64,000 bases of DNA, taken from positions 1 to 64,000 of the IMG/VR virus record IMGVR_UViG_3300010399_000005; one strand, 5' to 3'. A model generated the notes under the pieces. The model was given only the letters and a program-made list of their open reading frames with translations. It was not told where the DNA came from and ran no database searches. Positions 1 to 10,057 of this stretch are shown one piece after another; positions within the stretch are counted from its first letter, which is position 1; each line of letters begins with the position of its first letter. Position numbers and translations under genes: made by a program. This stretch comes from a virus.

Positions 1-423
1 ACCGGGATAGTCGTCTGGGACAACACCCAGCGCCAGATCATGGATCAGTTCGCGGGTACTCCCTACGACTCACTCGCGTACATCTCATCGCTGTTGTGTG
101 CGTGGGTGGTCGACATGAAGCTACGACCCATCATCGTCTGCGAGCGGTTCGACCTCTCGGCCGATACACTACGTAAGAACACGGGTGAGAACCTCGATGA
201 CGTCATTCACGTCGTGGGTGCGTTGTGGTACGTCACTCAAGCATATCAGGTCGAGTATCACAAGGTCGCTCGAGCGGACTCTAAGAACTTCGCGAAGGAC
301 GCGCGGCTTAAGCACCACGGACTCTGGCTCGGCTCGCGACACACACGTGATGCACTTCGCGTCGTGATGACGTGGCTCGCCCAGAAGGACAACTCGTTCG
401 CTCGTGAGTACTGGGCCAACTGA
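1..423 (+). CDS. RuvC-like Holliday junction resolvase (5'-truncated by window edge)
   Basis: Frame is open from base 1 (TGIVVWD...). Contains IVCERF and a C-terminal HTRDALR motif typical of actinophage RuvC-like proteins. Confidence 0.65.
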   Translation, partial: TGIVVWDNTQRQIMDQFAGTPYDSLAYISSLLCAWVVDMKLRPIIVCERFDLSADTLRKNTGENLDDVIHVVGALWYVTQAYQVEYHKVARADSKNFAKDARLKHHGLWLGSRHTRDALRVVMTWLAQKDNSFAREYWAN

Positions 424-449
424 TCAAACACATATGAGATGAGGAACCC

Positions 450-785
450 ATGAAGACCAAGCAGCACCTTCACGAGTATCCGTGTCGTGGTACGCTCCAC
501 TGGATGGAGCACGTGCCGTGTCCGGCCGACTTCGTGATGCCCAACTCGGACTACTGGCGCGGTGCCGATGACGTCCTACACTACCGCTGTGACCGCTGTG
601 GCACCGAGCGTCACATCGCACTGGACTACCTCGGTGAGATCCTCGCCGACAAGTACGATCACCGTCCCGCGGGATACAGTCTCCCCCGCGGTGAGGCACC
701 TCGACGTCGTCAGGTTCGCCTGTGGCTGCTCGAGGAGTCACGTAATACGACGAGAAAGACGCGTCGTCTGAAGGCGGTGAAGTGA
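450..785 (+). CDS. hypothetical protein, putative Zn-binding
   Basis: GAGGA SD before ATG; CRGTLH and CDRC motifs; stop overlaps next start (GTGA). Confidence 0.6.
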   Translation: MKTKQHLHEYPCRGTLHWMEHVPCPADFVMPNSDYWRGADDVLHYRCDRCGTERHIALDYLGEILADKYDHRPAGYSLPRGEAPRRRQVRLWLLEESRNTTRKTRRLKAVK

Positions 786-1030
786 ACGCACGATGGCGTG
801 GCTGGGCGAGCGCGCCAGGAGCGACGGACACCGACCTCGAACATGCGCGTGCTGCGATCTCACTCTTACGTCAGCTCGTGGAGCACGGTCTGACGGTGAC
901 ACGAGAAGACACTGACAGCGGCAGTCCCGAGCTTGAGACGGATGGTCTACATGACGGTTGGTGGCCGGTCACCGAGGTCGAAGCACAGCTGATCGAGATA
1001 CTGCAGAAGGAGGCAAGTGGCTCAAGCTGA
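782..1030 (+). CDS. hypothetical protein
   Basis: Overlap-coupled to both neighbours. Confidence 0.55.
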   Translation: MNARWRGWASAPGATDTDLEHARAAISLLRQLVEHGLTVTREDTDSGSPELETDGLHDGWWPVTEVEAQLIEILQKEASGSS

Positions 1031-2846
1031 GCGTGTCGCCGATCAGATCGTAGTCAAGGCCGACTGGACCGAGAAAGACCTCGCATCCCAGGTACCCGGG
1101 CTGAACTACCAAGCACGTCAGGATCACTGGACGGGTCCACTGACGTGGGGTGTGTTCGTCGCGCTGTGCGGTGTCTTCAGCGGTACGCGACCTGACGGCA
1201 CGGTCATGTTAACACTTGGTCCCGAGCTCTATGCTTGGTATCACGGACGCTGGGACTGGTACTCACAGGCCATCGAGCGACGTGAGTGGCTTGAAGACTC
1301 ATGGTCACTCGATCTTGATGACCGTCTCTACGGCTTTCAGGAGGCGAGTGTTGGGTATCACGTTATGGTACACCGAGGTACGATCGGCTCACTCGACTGT
1401 TCAGAGATGGGTACGGGCAAGTCGTGCGTGACTCTCTCATCACTTCGTCACTGGCATCAGTCCGACGAGACCGCTCTTCCAGCACTGATCATCTGTCCTA
1501 ACTCGGTGAAGCACGTCTGGAAGCATGAAGCCGAGCTGTGGTTTCCCAAGGCTACCTCTTATGTGCTCGAGGGTGGCGTGGCGAAACGACGTAAGCAGCT
1601 CGATGAAGCACTGCTTGATCCCACCGCTCTAGTGATCGTGAACTATGAAGCAGTGAAGCTTCACTCGCGTCTCGCTCCCTATGGTCCCGTTCGACTTCTC
1701 CGTTGTCGTGAGTGTGGTGGAGCACGTGACTCAGATCTGACTGCTTCACGCTGTCACGTGCACCCCAAGGAACTCCAGCGGTTCAAGTTCAAGTCGGTAG
1801 TCGTTGATGAAGCGCACCGCATGAAGGATCCTAAGAGCCAACAGACACGTGCGTGCTGGGCTGTGCAGCACCAGCCGTCGGTCGAGCATCGCATAGCGTT
1901 GACGGGCACACCGATCGCCAACAACGTCGGTGACATCTGGTCACTGATGCACGGTCTCGCACCACAGGACTTCCCCACGAGGACGAAGTTTCTCGATCGC
2001 TACGCTCTCATGTCGTGGAACCATATGGCGACGCTCGACGTCGTCGGCGTTCGACCAGACACACGTGGTGAGTTCGACCAGATCGTCGTGCCACGCTTCC
2101 GACGAGTGCTCAAGGAGCAGGTGCTCACACAGCTTCCACCGAAGGTGTATGAGATGCGTGAAGCACCGCTCACTCCGACGCAGCTCAAGCTCTATCGTCA
2201 GATGGAAGATGAGTTGATGGTCGTGCTTGAAGATGGTGACGTACTCGTCGCTCCCACGAACCTCGTGAAGGCGACTCGTCTGGTGCAGTTCGCATCGGCC
2301 AGCTGCACGATCACCGAGGATGGGCAGCTCCGACTCGCCGCACCCAGCGCCAAGCTCGACGTTCTCGAAGAGATTCTCGCTGAGATTGGTTCACGACAGG
2401 TCGCCGTCTGTGCACTCTCACGACAGCTGATCGAGCTCGCCGCCGAACGACTCATGAAGCTCGGTGTGTCTCATCGTCAGGTCACGGGTCGCGTACCTGA
2501 GTACCAGCGTGCGGACAACATCACCGACTTCCAAGAGGGTCGAGCACAGGTCATGCTCTTCACTGTCGGAGCCGGTGGCACGGGCATCACACTCACTGCG
2601 GCCGACACTCTCGTGAAACTCCAGCGCTCATGGTCGATGGTGGAAGACATGCAAGCAGAGGATCGCGTGCACCGCATCGGCTCAGAGCGCCACTCTTCGA
2701 TCACCGTGATCGACATCATCGCACCTGGTACGATCGAAGTTCGCCAGCGACAACGACTGCGAGAGAAGCGCGAACAGCTTGAAGAGGTTGTTCACGACCG
2801 TGAACAACTCATGAAGACACCTGTGACACTATCGGAGGTAGACTGA
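1017..2846 (+). CDS. SNF2-family (DEAH) helicase
   Basis: EMGTGKS Walker A, LIICP, VVVDEAH, LTGTP, GGTGITLT and QAEDRVHRIG motifs. Confidence 0.93.
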   Translation: MAQAERVADQIVVKADWTEKDLASQVPGLNYQARQDHWTGPLTWGVFVALCGVFSGTRPDGTVMLTLGPELYAWYHGRWDWYSQAIERREWLEDSWSLDLDDRLYGFQEASVGYHVMVHRGTIGSLDCSEMGTGKSCVTLSSLRHWHQSDETALPALIICPNSVKHVWKHEAELWFPKATSYVLEGGVAKRRKQLDEALLDPTALVIVNYEAVKLHSRLAPYGPVRLLRCRECGGARDSDLTASRCHVHPKELQRFKFKSVVVDEAHRMKDPKSQQTRACWAVQHQPSVEHRIALTGTPIANNVGDIWSLMHGLAPQDFPTRTKFLDRYALMSWNHMATLDVVGVRPDTRGEFDQIVVPRFRRVLKEQVLTQLPPKVYEMREAPLTPTQLKLYRQMEDELMVVLEDGDVLVAPTNLVKATRLVQFASASCTITEDGQLRLAAPSAKLDVLEEILAEIGSRQVAVCALSRQLIELAAERLMKLGVSHRQVTGRVPEYQRADNITDFQEGRAQVMLFTVGAGGTGITLTAADTLVKLQRSWSMVEDMQAEDRVHRIGSERHSSITVIDIIAPGTIEVRQRQRLREKREQLEEVVHDREQLMKTPVTLSEVD

Positions 2847-2965
2847 TGTTCGTCGCACTCGCACTCGTCGACAGCTGGCCCGACGCGTTCGTCCTGGTCG
2901 TGGCTCTCATCTTGATCGCGGCCATAGCACTTAAGTACATCGACTATCTTGATGAGGATGAGTAA
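2846..2965 (+). CDS. small membrane protein (39 aa)
   Basis: TGATG coupling; MFVALALVDSWPDAFVLVVALILIAAIALKYIDYLDEDE has one hydrophobic helix. Confidence 0.55.
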   Translation: MFVALALVDSWPDAFVLVVALILIAAIALKYIDYLDEDE

Positions 2966-2974
2966 GGAGATCTC

Positions 2975-4480
2975 TTGACCGACTTCACCGGCGCGGACGT
3001 GCTCGCTACGCGCAAAGCACTGAAGCTGAGCCGCGAGAAGTTCTCCGCGCAGTGCGGACTCACTCCGGCCAAGCTCCACAACATCGAGACCGGGAAGCGT
3101 GACATGCGTCCCGAAGAACGTGAGGCACTCCGACCTCTCATGAGTGGTAACGGCCAAGCGCCGGTGCCCACTCCTGCACAAGCGGTGCAGTCGTTCACCA
3201 CAGCTCTTACGAGCAGACTAGTCGACGTCACGGTCCTACCGTTCGACGACGACCTCGAGACGCTCTGGCTCACGAATCTCGAGGAACCCACGTATGCATC
3301 CTCGCGTGAAGAGCACAGCGCTCTCCTCGCTCAACCTGAGGTGCAATCCGCAATCGCTGAGGAACACGAGCGCGCGGCTCGACTCTCAGACCTCATGAGT
3401 CGTCTTTCACCCAGCTCGACCGAGGCAGCCTCCGTGCTTCAAGGAGTCGTCGTTCCAGAGGTCGAGGAGCCCGAGCTCATCGGTGTTCAGGGACTTCACC
3501 ACAACGGTCTTCGACGACTGACGAACTCCGAGGTGCAGACCTTCAAACACTGTCGCCGCAAGTGGTGGTTCACGTGGTACCGAGGTCTGACACCGAAGGG
3601 AACACCACTCACAGGACCTCTCGCCATCGGCACTCGGGTTCACGAGGCGCTCGCCGAGTGGTATGTGCCCGACTGGAAGGGTGTCGATCCTCGTGAAGCA
3701 CTCGAGAAGTTACTCCTTCGAGATGAGTCCGCACTCGTCTCTCAGCTCACGGACGTCGATGCTGACATCGCGGTCACCAAGCTCGCCGACTTTAAGAGGG
3801 AAGCCGACCTCGCGCGTGCGATGCTTGACGGTTACGTCCAGTGGCTGCAAGAGACGGGCGCCGACCAGGGGTACATCGTCATCGCTCCTGAGCGCACGCT
3901 GACCGCGCTTCTCGAGACGCCACTGGACGCTCCAAACATCGAGCTCACCGGTACCGTCGACGCCGACCTACGACGTGAACATGATCACGCAGTGCTGTTC
4001 ATGGACCATAAGACGTGTGGTTCGATCGGCCAGCTCACACGTATGCTCGTGTGGGATGAGCAGATGTTGATGTACCGTGTGCTTGAGGACGCGAACCGGA
4101 ACGACGGTGAGCCCTGGGTCGAGGGTGCGCTCTACAACATGCTTCGTAAGGTGAAGCGTGGTGTGACCGCTAAGCCTCCGTTCTATGAGCGTGTGGAAGT
4201 TCGACACAACGACCACCAAGTGCAGAACTTCAAGAAGCGCCTGATCGGTGAGGCGCTGCAGATCGGTCAGGTCGAGCGCTCCCTCTCCGACGGTGCCGAT
4301 CCTCAGTACGTCGTGTATCCTTCACCGAGCCAACGGTGCTTGTGGGGCTGCGAGTTCAACACCGTGTGCCCGATGATGGATGATGGGTCTCGTGCTGAAG
4401 ACTTCATCCAAGAACACTACGTGGCTATCAACCCACTGCGACGCTACGACGATCGTCAAGCAACGAACCTGGTAGAGTAG
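2975..4480 (+). CDS. N-terminal XRE-HTH fused to PD-(D/E)xK Cas4/RecB-like exonuclease
   Basis: HTH (RKALKLSREKFS...LHNIETG). Nuclease motifs SEVQTFKHCRRKW, GTRVHEAL, GTVD, DHKT and Q-x-x-x-Y; C-terminal Cys cluster CLWGCEFNTVC. Confidence 0.85.
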   Translation: MTDFTGADVLATRKALKLSREKFSAQCGLTPAKLHNIETGKRDMRPEEREALRPLMSGNGQAPVPTPAQAVQSFTTALTSRLVDVTVLPFDDDLETLWLTNLEEPTYASSREEHSALLAQPEVQSAIAEEHERAARLSDLMSRLSPSSTEAASVLQGVVVPEVEEPELIGVQGLHHNGLRRLTNSEVQTFKHCRRKWWFTWYRGLTPKGTPLTGPLAIGTRVHEALAEWYVPDWKGVDPREALEKLLLRDESALVSQLTDVDADIAVTKLADFKREADLARAMLDGYVQWLQETGADQGYIVIAPERTLTALLETPLDAPNIELTGTVDADLRREHDHAVLFMDHKTCGSIGQLTRMLVWDEQMLMYRVLEDANRNDGEPWVEGALYNMLRKVKRGVTAKPPFYERVEVRHNDHQVQNFKKRLIGEALQIGQVERSLSDGADPQYVVYPSPSQRCLWGCEFNTVCPMMDDGSRAEDFIQEHYVAINPLRRYDDRQATNLVE

Positions 4481-4508
4481 TCTGACGACCTCCGGAGGCA
4501 CCCCACCT

Positions 4509-5291
4509 GTGACAGTCCCTCTTTCGCTTCTCGTTCACGCGTACAGTAAGGTCGGTAAGACCACGCTCGCGGGAACGTGTCCACCACCTGTCTTGATCTT
4601 CGATGCTGAGGGTCGTACACGGTTTCTTCCAAGTGCTCGATCGGTCACGGCGATGTACGGCCGACCGGTGAGACTCACGACGTGGGTACCCAACGGTCCA
4701 CCACCTCTTTACGACGGTACGTGGGACATCTGCGTCGTGCAGTGCAACGACTGGATCACCGTCGAGCAGGCCTACCAGTGGCTCACCCAGGGGCAGCACC
4801 ACTTCCAGTCACTGGTGCTCGACTCGATCACCGAGCTCCAGCGACGCTGTCGTGAGGCGCTTAAGGGCTCGGAAGCACTCCGCATCCAGGACTGGGGGCT
4901 TCTTCTCGATCGCATGTCTCGCATCATCCGAGGCCTACGTGATCTTACACTTCATCCCACACGTCCGCTCGCCGTCGTGATGTTCATCGCTGAGACGAAG
5001 CAGGACCAGAGTGGTAAGTGGAAGCCCAACATGCAGGGGCAGATCATCACCGCTCTCCCCTACTGGATGGACGTCACGGGTTACCTCTACAAGGAGAACA
5101 CAGCGGACGTGAACGGGCAACCTACGGGACCCGAGGTTCGCAAGCTTCTCATCTCGCAACACCCGCTCTTCGAGGCAGGTGAGGCGGTGCAGGGCGTCCT
5201 CGGTGACGTCATCAACGAACCCAACGTCTATGTGATGCATCAGACGTTGAACGCGGCCTTCGGGCTCAACACGAACGGAGAGTCAGCTTGA
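4509..5291 (+). CDS. AAA ATPase, Sak4-like recombinase
   Basis: Walker A (AYSKVGKTT), DAEG, VLDSITE; lies between exonuclease and SSB. Confidence 0.8.
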   Translation: MTVPLSLLVHAYSKVGKTTLAGTCPPPVLIFDAEGRTRFLPSARSVTAMYGRPVRLTTWVPNGPPPLYDGTWDICVVQCNDWITVEQAYQWLTQGQHHFQSLVLDSITELQRRCREALKGSEALRIQDWGLLLDRMSRIIRGLRDLTLHPTRPLAVVMFIAETKQDQSGKWKPNMQGQIITALPYWMDVTGYLYKENTADVNGQPTGPEVRKLLISQHPLFEAGEAVQGVLGDVINEPNVYVMHQTLNAAFGLNTNGESA

Positions 5292-6157
5292 CAGTGATCA
5301 ACTTTCAGTCTGCGCTGCAGCAGGCGCAGACGGTCAGCTTCCAGCCGCTGCCCGATGGGACGTATGATCTCGTCGTCATCGAGGCGAAGCCGACCGAGAG
5401 CTCGACGCAGAAGCCCATGATCCGGGTGAAGTACCGTGTCGAGACCGGACCGAGCGCCGGCAAGACCGTGTTCAACCAGTACACGTTCACGAGCGACAAC
5501 CCCACGGCACTCGCCATCTTCTTCCGGCACATGTCGTTCCACGGACTCGACGCCGACTTCTTCATGCAGAACCCGCCGTGGGAGCAGGTGGCGGCGACGC
5601 TGATGGGTCGTCGTGTGCGTGTCGAGCTCGGAACTCGTATGTGGCAGGGTGAACCTCGCAACGAGGTGAACCGTGTCATGCCGCCTGACGCTCAGACCGC
5701 AGGGCAGGTCGGCCCGGCCGGACCGCAGCAGCTGGGAGCTGCCCCTGTCGCCGCGCCGCAACTGATGCAGGCTCCCGCGGCTCCCATGCCTCAAGCACCG
5801 GTACAGCCGCCCACCGTCGCACCTGCGCCGGTGCAGCCGCCGCAGCCACAAGCTCCCATGCAGCAGCCACCGCAGATGCCGGCGCCGCAGATGCCGCAGT
5901 ACCAGGCACCCGCTCCGGTGGGTCCGCCTCCAGCGCCTACGCCCAGTGCTCCTCCCGGCTGGTCCCAGACTCCTGACGGTCAGTGGGTGCAGTCGACGAC
6001 CCCGGCAGCTCCGCTTGAGCAGCCGCAGCCGGCCCCTCAAGCTCCTGTCGGGCCTCCGCCGCAGCAGTTCGAGCAGCCCTATCCCCAGGCTCCGACCCAG
6101 GCACCGGCGTCCACTGAGCAGGGTCCGGTTCCGCCTCCTCCGCCTGTCCCCAGCTGA
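5288..6157 (+). CDS. single-stranded DNA-binding protein (DUF669-like) with long Pro/Gln-rich tail
   Basis: FQPLPDGTY...RNEV OB-fold pattern; position in the exo-Sak4-SSB module. Confidence 0.75.
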   Translation: MTVINFQSALQQAQTVSFQPLPDGTYDLVVIEAKPTESSTQKPMIRVKYRVETGPSAGKTVFNQYTFTSDNPTALAIFFRHMSFHGLDADFFMQNPPWEQVAATLMGRRVRVELGTRMWQGEPRNEVNRVMPPDAQTAGQVGPAGPQQLGAAPVAAPQLMQAPAAPMPQAPVQPPTVAPAPVQPPQPQAPMQQPPQMPAPQMPQYQAPAPVGPPPAPTPSAPPGWSQTPDGQWVQSTTPAAPLEQPQPAPQAPVGPPPQQFEQPYPQAPTQAPASTEQGPVPPPPPVPS

Positions 6158-6161
6158 GACG

Positions 6162-6617
6162 ATGTCGAAGGAAGAACTGCATAGTCAACTTGATACTTGG
6201 TCATCAAGATGGTTGATGGTATGTATCATACATACGATGATTGACATGGAGCTTATCACTGAACTTCGCTGTCAACATCCCGAGTGCAAGTTCGACTATG
6301 CAGACTTCGACTTCACTTACGTAAACGCCGCAGGAGACCAATGCGGCAACAAGCATGGTCCTGTCCTTGATCACGTCATTCCACGACACAAAGGTGGACC
6401 ACACCGAATTGAGAATCTGCGTCTTGTGCACCGAGGTTGTAACTCAATGTGGCGGAAGGGATTAAGAGGTTTCACTCATACGCCTGAGACTCGTGCCAAG
6501 CTAAGTACCTCGGTGAAGAAAGCACATCAAGACGGTAAGCTGAAAAGCATCTACACACCCGAACGTGATGCTAAGATACGTGCAACAAACATCGCAAGTG
6601 GATTGTGGAAATCATGA
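6162..6617 (+). CDS. HNH homing endonuclease with NUMOD3-like C-terminus
   Basis: DHVIPRHKGG...NLRLVHRGCN HNH motif; HTPETRAKLS; visibly lower GC than flanks. Confidence 0.85.
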   Translation: MSKEELHSQLDTWSSRWLMVCIIHTMIDMELITELRCQHPECKFDYADFDFTYVNAAGDQCGNKHGPVLDHVIPRHKGGPHRIENLRLVHRGCNSMWRKGLRGFTHTPETRAKLSTSVKKAHQDGKLKSIYTPERDAKIRATNIASGLWKS

Positions 6618-7939
6618 GAGTGGGATATGCTAAATTAGGTCGCTCCATGCCTCTGGACCCGAGTGGCTGGGGAGTGGTCGGTGGTGATGATGAACCACCG
6701 CTGCTTCTTAAGACGCTCGCCCAGACATACCCACACGTCGAGTGGGTGATCGTGGGACGGAACTCAGGTGAGAAGCCGGCAGACGTCGGTCTACCTGAGA
6801 ACGTCACCAACCCCTGGGTCGAGCTCAGGGACGTCGTTGCGACCGAGCTTCGTGGTGCCAAGACCGCACAAGCTAAGATCGACACATATGATCGACTCAC
6901 GCTTCAGCTCTTCCGAGAGCTCGATGGTCTCGTGGTCTGGACGGGCCAGCACGGGACGTCAAACTCACCCATCCCCAAGGTAGGCTCCGGCTGGGATGAT
7001 CTCACTCAACCACAAGAGGCGTTTCTTAACTATGCCTCATATGTGATCCGAGGCATCAACGCGTTCAGGTATCAAGACCCACTGAACCGCGAAGAGATCT
7101 GGCTCTGTCCCGACCCACGTAACTACATCAAGTGTCGTGATCTCCTCTATCCACCACGTCATCCTGTGCTTGGGCAGTTCGACTTCGAGCGAGCCGATAA
7201 GCACGAGCGCTACTCGGACACACGAACACCAGAGGCGTGTGGGTTCAGTGACGTAGCGAGACAGCTCGACGGTCACACGTGGTCGGGACGACACAAGTAT
7301 GTGTACTCACAGCTTGAGATCTGTGGGATTCTCCCTGAACACGTGCAAGCATGGTACTACGAAGACTTCCCACAACGCCAGCGATTCGGTCTCTTCATCA
7401 ACGAGGCTCGTTCATATGTGAAGGACAACCGACTCGACGCACTGGTCGACTACGTGCTGCCACTGCAGCCGAACTTCATCCACGGTAAGTGGAGCCCAAA
7501 GTCGCAAGAGACGATCATCGCACTCGGTGGACCGATCATCGAACCCGCACCGGCATCCGCTTACTACGATCTCTTACGCAGTGTAAAGTGTACACTCACC
7601 ACTCCGTCCAGTGGCTCAGGGTGGGCGACGACGAAGCCGTGGCAGGCGTTCGCAACCGGCACCGTCTGCTTCTTTCACCCTAAGTATGACACACAGGGAC
7701 ACATCATTCCCACGCTCGATCATCTCGTCTCTTCTGGAACTGAGGTTGATGATGAGCTCGTTCACCTCGCACAGTGGCTTCGTGTGGAGAATCCCGAGCA
7801 GCTCGCGAAGAGAGTTGAGGCCGTGTCATCGAGCCCCGAGACGTGGGCGTGGTTGGCAGCGGCCCAACGGCGGTTGTACGATCGTGCATGTAGTGAGAGG
7901 CGCATCATCAGGATGATAGGAGAAAGACTGAAGATATGA
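6614..7939 (+). CDS. putative GT-B glycosyltransferase (possibly DNA-modifying)
   Basis: N-terminal beta strand followed by GGDDE; C-terminal TTKPWQAFATGTVCFF resembles a GT-B donor-binding segment; sugar-enzyme neighbours. Confidence 0.55.
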   Translation: MRVGYAKLGRSMPLDPSGWGVVGGDDEPPLLLKTLAQTYPHVEWVIVGRNSGEKPADVGLPENVTNPWVELRDVVATELRGAKTAQAKIDTYDRLTLQLFRELDGLVVWTGQHGTSNSPIPKVGSGWDDLTQPQEAFLNYASYVIRGINAFRYQDPLNREEIWLCPDPRNYIKCRDLLYPPRHPVLGQFDFERADKHERYSDTRTPEACGFSDVARQLDGHTWSGRHKYVYSQLEICGILPEHVQAWYYEDFPQRQRFGLFINEARSYVKDNRLDALVDYVLPLQPNFIHGKWSPKSQETIIALGGPIIEPAPASAYYDLLRSVKCTLTTPSSGSGWATTKPWQAFATGTVCFFHPKYDTQGHIIPTLDHLVSSGTEVDDELVHLAQWLRVENPEQLAKRVEAVSSSPETWAWLAAAQRRLYDRACSERRIIRMIGERLKI

Positions 7940-9021
7940 TCACAGCGAAGAACAGACGATCCATCAAGAAGATCGCGGTCGTGACGACTACGATCCACAC
8001 GCCGACGTTGCTCTCAGCGTATGTGCTTGATCGGCAGACCGACTCCTCCTCTCCTCTTGGGCAGGTCGAGCTTGACATCATCGTGTCGGGAGACGTCTCG
8101 ACTCCACCTGAGGCTCGCGAGTACGTCGAGAAGCTCGGAGGAACGTACCTCGGAGTCGATGATGCGGCGACGACGCGTTGGAAGACACATCGACAAGTCG
8201 GCACCTACTCGATCCAGCGGCGTAACATTGCCACTCTTCACGCTCTCGCCATCGGTGCTGACGTCATCATCACTGTTGATGACGACAATGAGCCGCACTA
8301 CCGATACCTTCACCGAATCATCGATGAGTTCCAGCCGGGTATGCGTCGGCTGTTGTCGGCGCCCGACGGTCTGTGGAACCCCGGTTCACTTCTCACACCG
8401 CCGACGTGGCAGCGCGGCTTCCCACTCGATAGACGACGCGACTCGCTCAACTTCACCAGCGAATCGAAGTGGCTCGACAATGTCGGTGTGGTCCAGGGAC
8501 TCACCACCGGTGACCCCGACGTCGACGCCGTCGAGCGGATCGTGAACAACCCCACATGTGACACGATCGTGGTCGATGAGAACGTTGTGCTCGACTACGG
8601 ACTGTGGGCGCCGTTCAACACGCAGAACACGGCGATCACCCGGGAACTCGCACCACTGCTGCAGTGCATGGTGCACGTGGGTCGCTATGATGACATTCTC
8701 GCGTCGTACATCGCACGTGCGGTCATGGACGTCGCTCGGTGGCGGGTCAGCTACGGACACCCGTTGACGCACTCGGTGCGCAACGAGCACAACCTCGTGA
8801 AGGACCTCGAGCAGGAACTTCTCGGCTACAAGATCCTTCCGAAGTTCATCACACGACTGCGTGAGGCGGACATCACAGCCGACGCTCCTATCCTCGATCA
8901 GTACGTCGATGCGTTCGATGTTGTGTCGGGCCTACTGTCTATGCACACGAGTGAGGCGACTGATGCCTGGATTACTGACGTTGAGACAGCGCTCGAGGAG
9001 GGCGACAGTGACTGGACGTAG
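7936..9021 (+). CDS. RGP/STELLO-like GT-A protein (possible NDP-sugar mutase or glycosyltransferase)
   Basis: VVTTTI, GDVSTP, RRNIA, VDDDN, RGFP, GDPDVDA, PFNTQNT and GRYDDI motifs. Confidence 0.75.
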   Translation: MITAKNRRSIKKIAVVTTTIHTPTLLSAYVLDRQTDSSSPLGQVELDIIVSGDVSTPPEAREYVEKLGGTYLGVDDAATTRWKTHRQVGTYSIQRRNIATLHALAIGADVIITVDDDNEPHYRYLHRIIDEFQPGMRRLLSAPDGLWNPGSLLTPPTWQRGFPLDRRRDSLNFTSESKWLDNVGVVQGLTTGDPDVDAVERIVNNPTCDTIVVDENVVLDYGLWAPFNTQNTAITRELAPLLQCMVHVGRYDDILASYIARAVMDVARWRVSYGHPLTHSVRNEHNLVKDLEQELLGYKILPKFITRLREADITADAPILDQYVDAFDVVSGLLSMHTSEATDAWITDVETALEEGDSDWT

Positions 9022-10057
9022 GGTTCTCGTCACCGGAGCCGGAGGCTTCATCGGCGGCCACCTCGTTGGTCGACTACTCGACGATGGTGAGAAGGTCGTT
9101 GCGGTCGACATCAAGCCACTTGGACAGTGGCACCAGGTTCAGGTAGCCGGCGCTGACATCTCTGATCGCTTCCAGCACCTCGAGGCTGACATCACAAACG
9201 TTCCCGACTTCAACGCCGGTGATCCGTCGTATCTTCAACGTCTAGGTGACTATCACTTCGATGAGGTGTACTCACTCGCCGCTGACATGGGCGGCATGGG
9301 CTTCATCGAAACGCACAAGCTAAGCTGCATGCTCACGGTACTCACGACGACGAACGTTCTTCGTGCCGCTGACGCGTTCGACTGGAAGCGTGTGATCTAC
9401 GCCTCGTCGGCGTGTGTCTATCCAGTGTACATCCAGAATGATGAGCGCAACCTCGCAGTGGACTTCGTCGCGCTCTCGGAGGATGAGGCCTACCCTGCCG
9501 ATCCCGAGGATGGGTACGGCTGGGAGAAGCTCTTCGGTGAGAGGATGCACCGACACTTCAGTGAGGATCGTAATATTGAGACTCGGGTCGCTCGACTTCA
9601 CAACGTGTACGGTCCGTATGGAACGTGGCAGGGTGGTCGTGAGAAGGCACCAGCGGCACTGTGTCGGAAGATCGCGACCGCTAAGCTGACCAACGCTCCA
9701 GCCATCGAGGTCTGGGGCGACGGCACACAGCTCAGATCGTTCTGCTACGTCTCAGATGCGGTCGAGGGCCTGCTGCAGATCGGCCGTGGACACTACCCCG
9801 ACCCGCTCAACCTGGGCAGCTCGGAGGTCATCAGCGTTGAGAACCTCGCGCTGCTGATCGCGAACGTCGCCGACTACCCAGTCGACCTTGTGTACGTGAA
9901 GGGACCGCTTGGTGTGCGAGGTCGGTCCAGTGACAACACGCTCATCAGGAACGTACTCGACTGGGAGCCTAAGACGTCACTCATCGACGGCATCACCGAG
10001 ACGTACCAGTGGGTCGAGGAACAGGTCCGCCTCGAGCTGGAGATGGCCGGTGAGTGA
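9008..10057 (+). CDS. NAD-dependent epimerase, GDP-mannose 3,5-epimerase-like
   Basis: TGAGGFIG, AADMGGMGFI, SSACVYP, YGWEK, GGREKAPAA and WGDGTQLRSF motifs. Confidence 0.88.
   Translation: MTGRRVLVTGAGGFIGGHLVGRLLDDGEKVVAVDIKPLGQWHQVQVAGADISDRFQHLEADITNVPDFNAGDPSYLQRLGDYHFDEVYSLAADMGGMGFIETHKLSCMLTVLTTTNVLRAADAFDWKRVIYASSACVYPVYIQNDERNLAVDFVALSEDEAYPADPEDGYGWEKLFGERMHRHFSEDRNIETRVARLHNVYGPYGTWQGGREKAPAALCRKIATAKLTNAPAIEVWGDGTQLRSFCYVSDAVEGLLQIGRGHYPDPLNLGSSEVISVENLALLIANVADYPVDLVYVKGPLGVRGRSSDNTLIRNVLDWEPKTSLIDGITETYQWVEEQVRLELEMAGE

Noticed and set aside
2975-4480. Cas4-like nuclease as a sign of a CRISPR system
   Set aside because: No repeat-spacer array or other cas genes are seen; it belongs to an exonuclease-Sak4-SSB recombination module.
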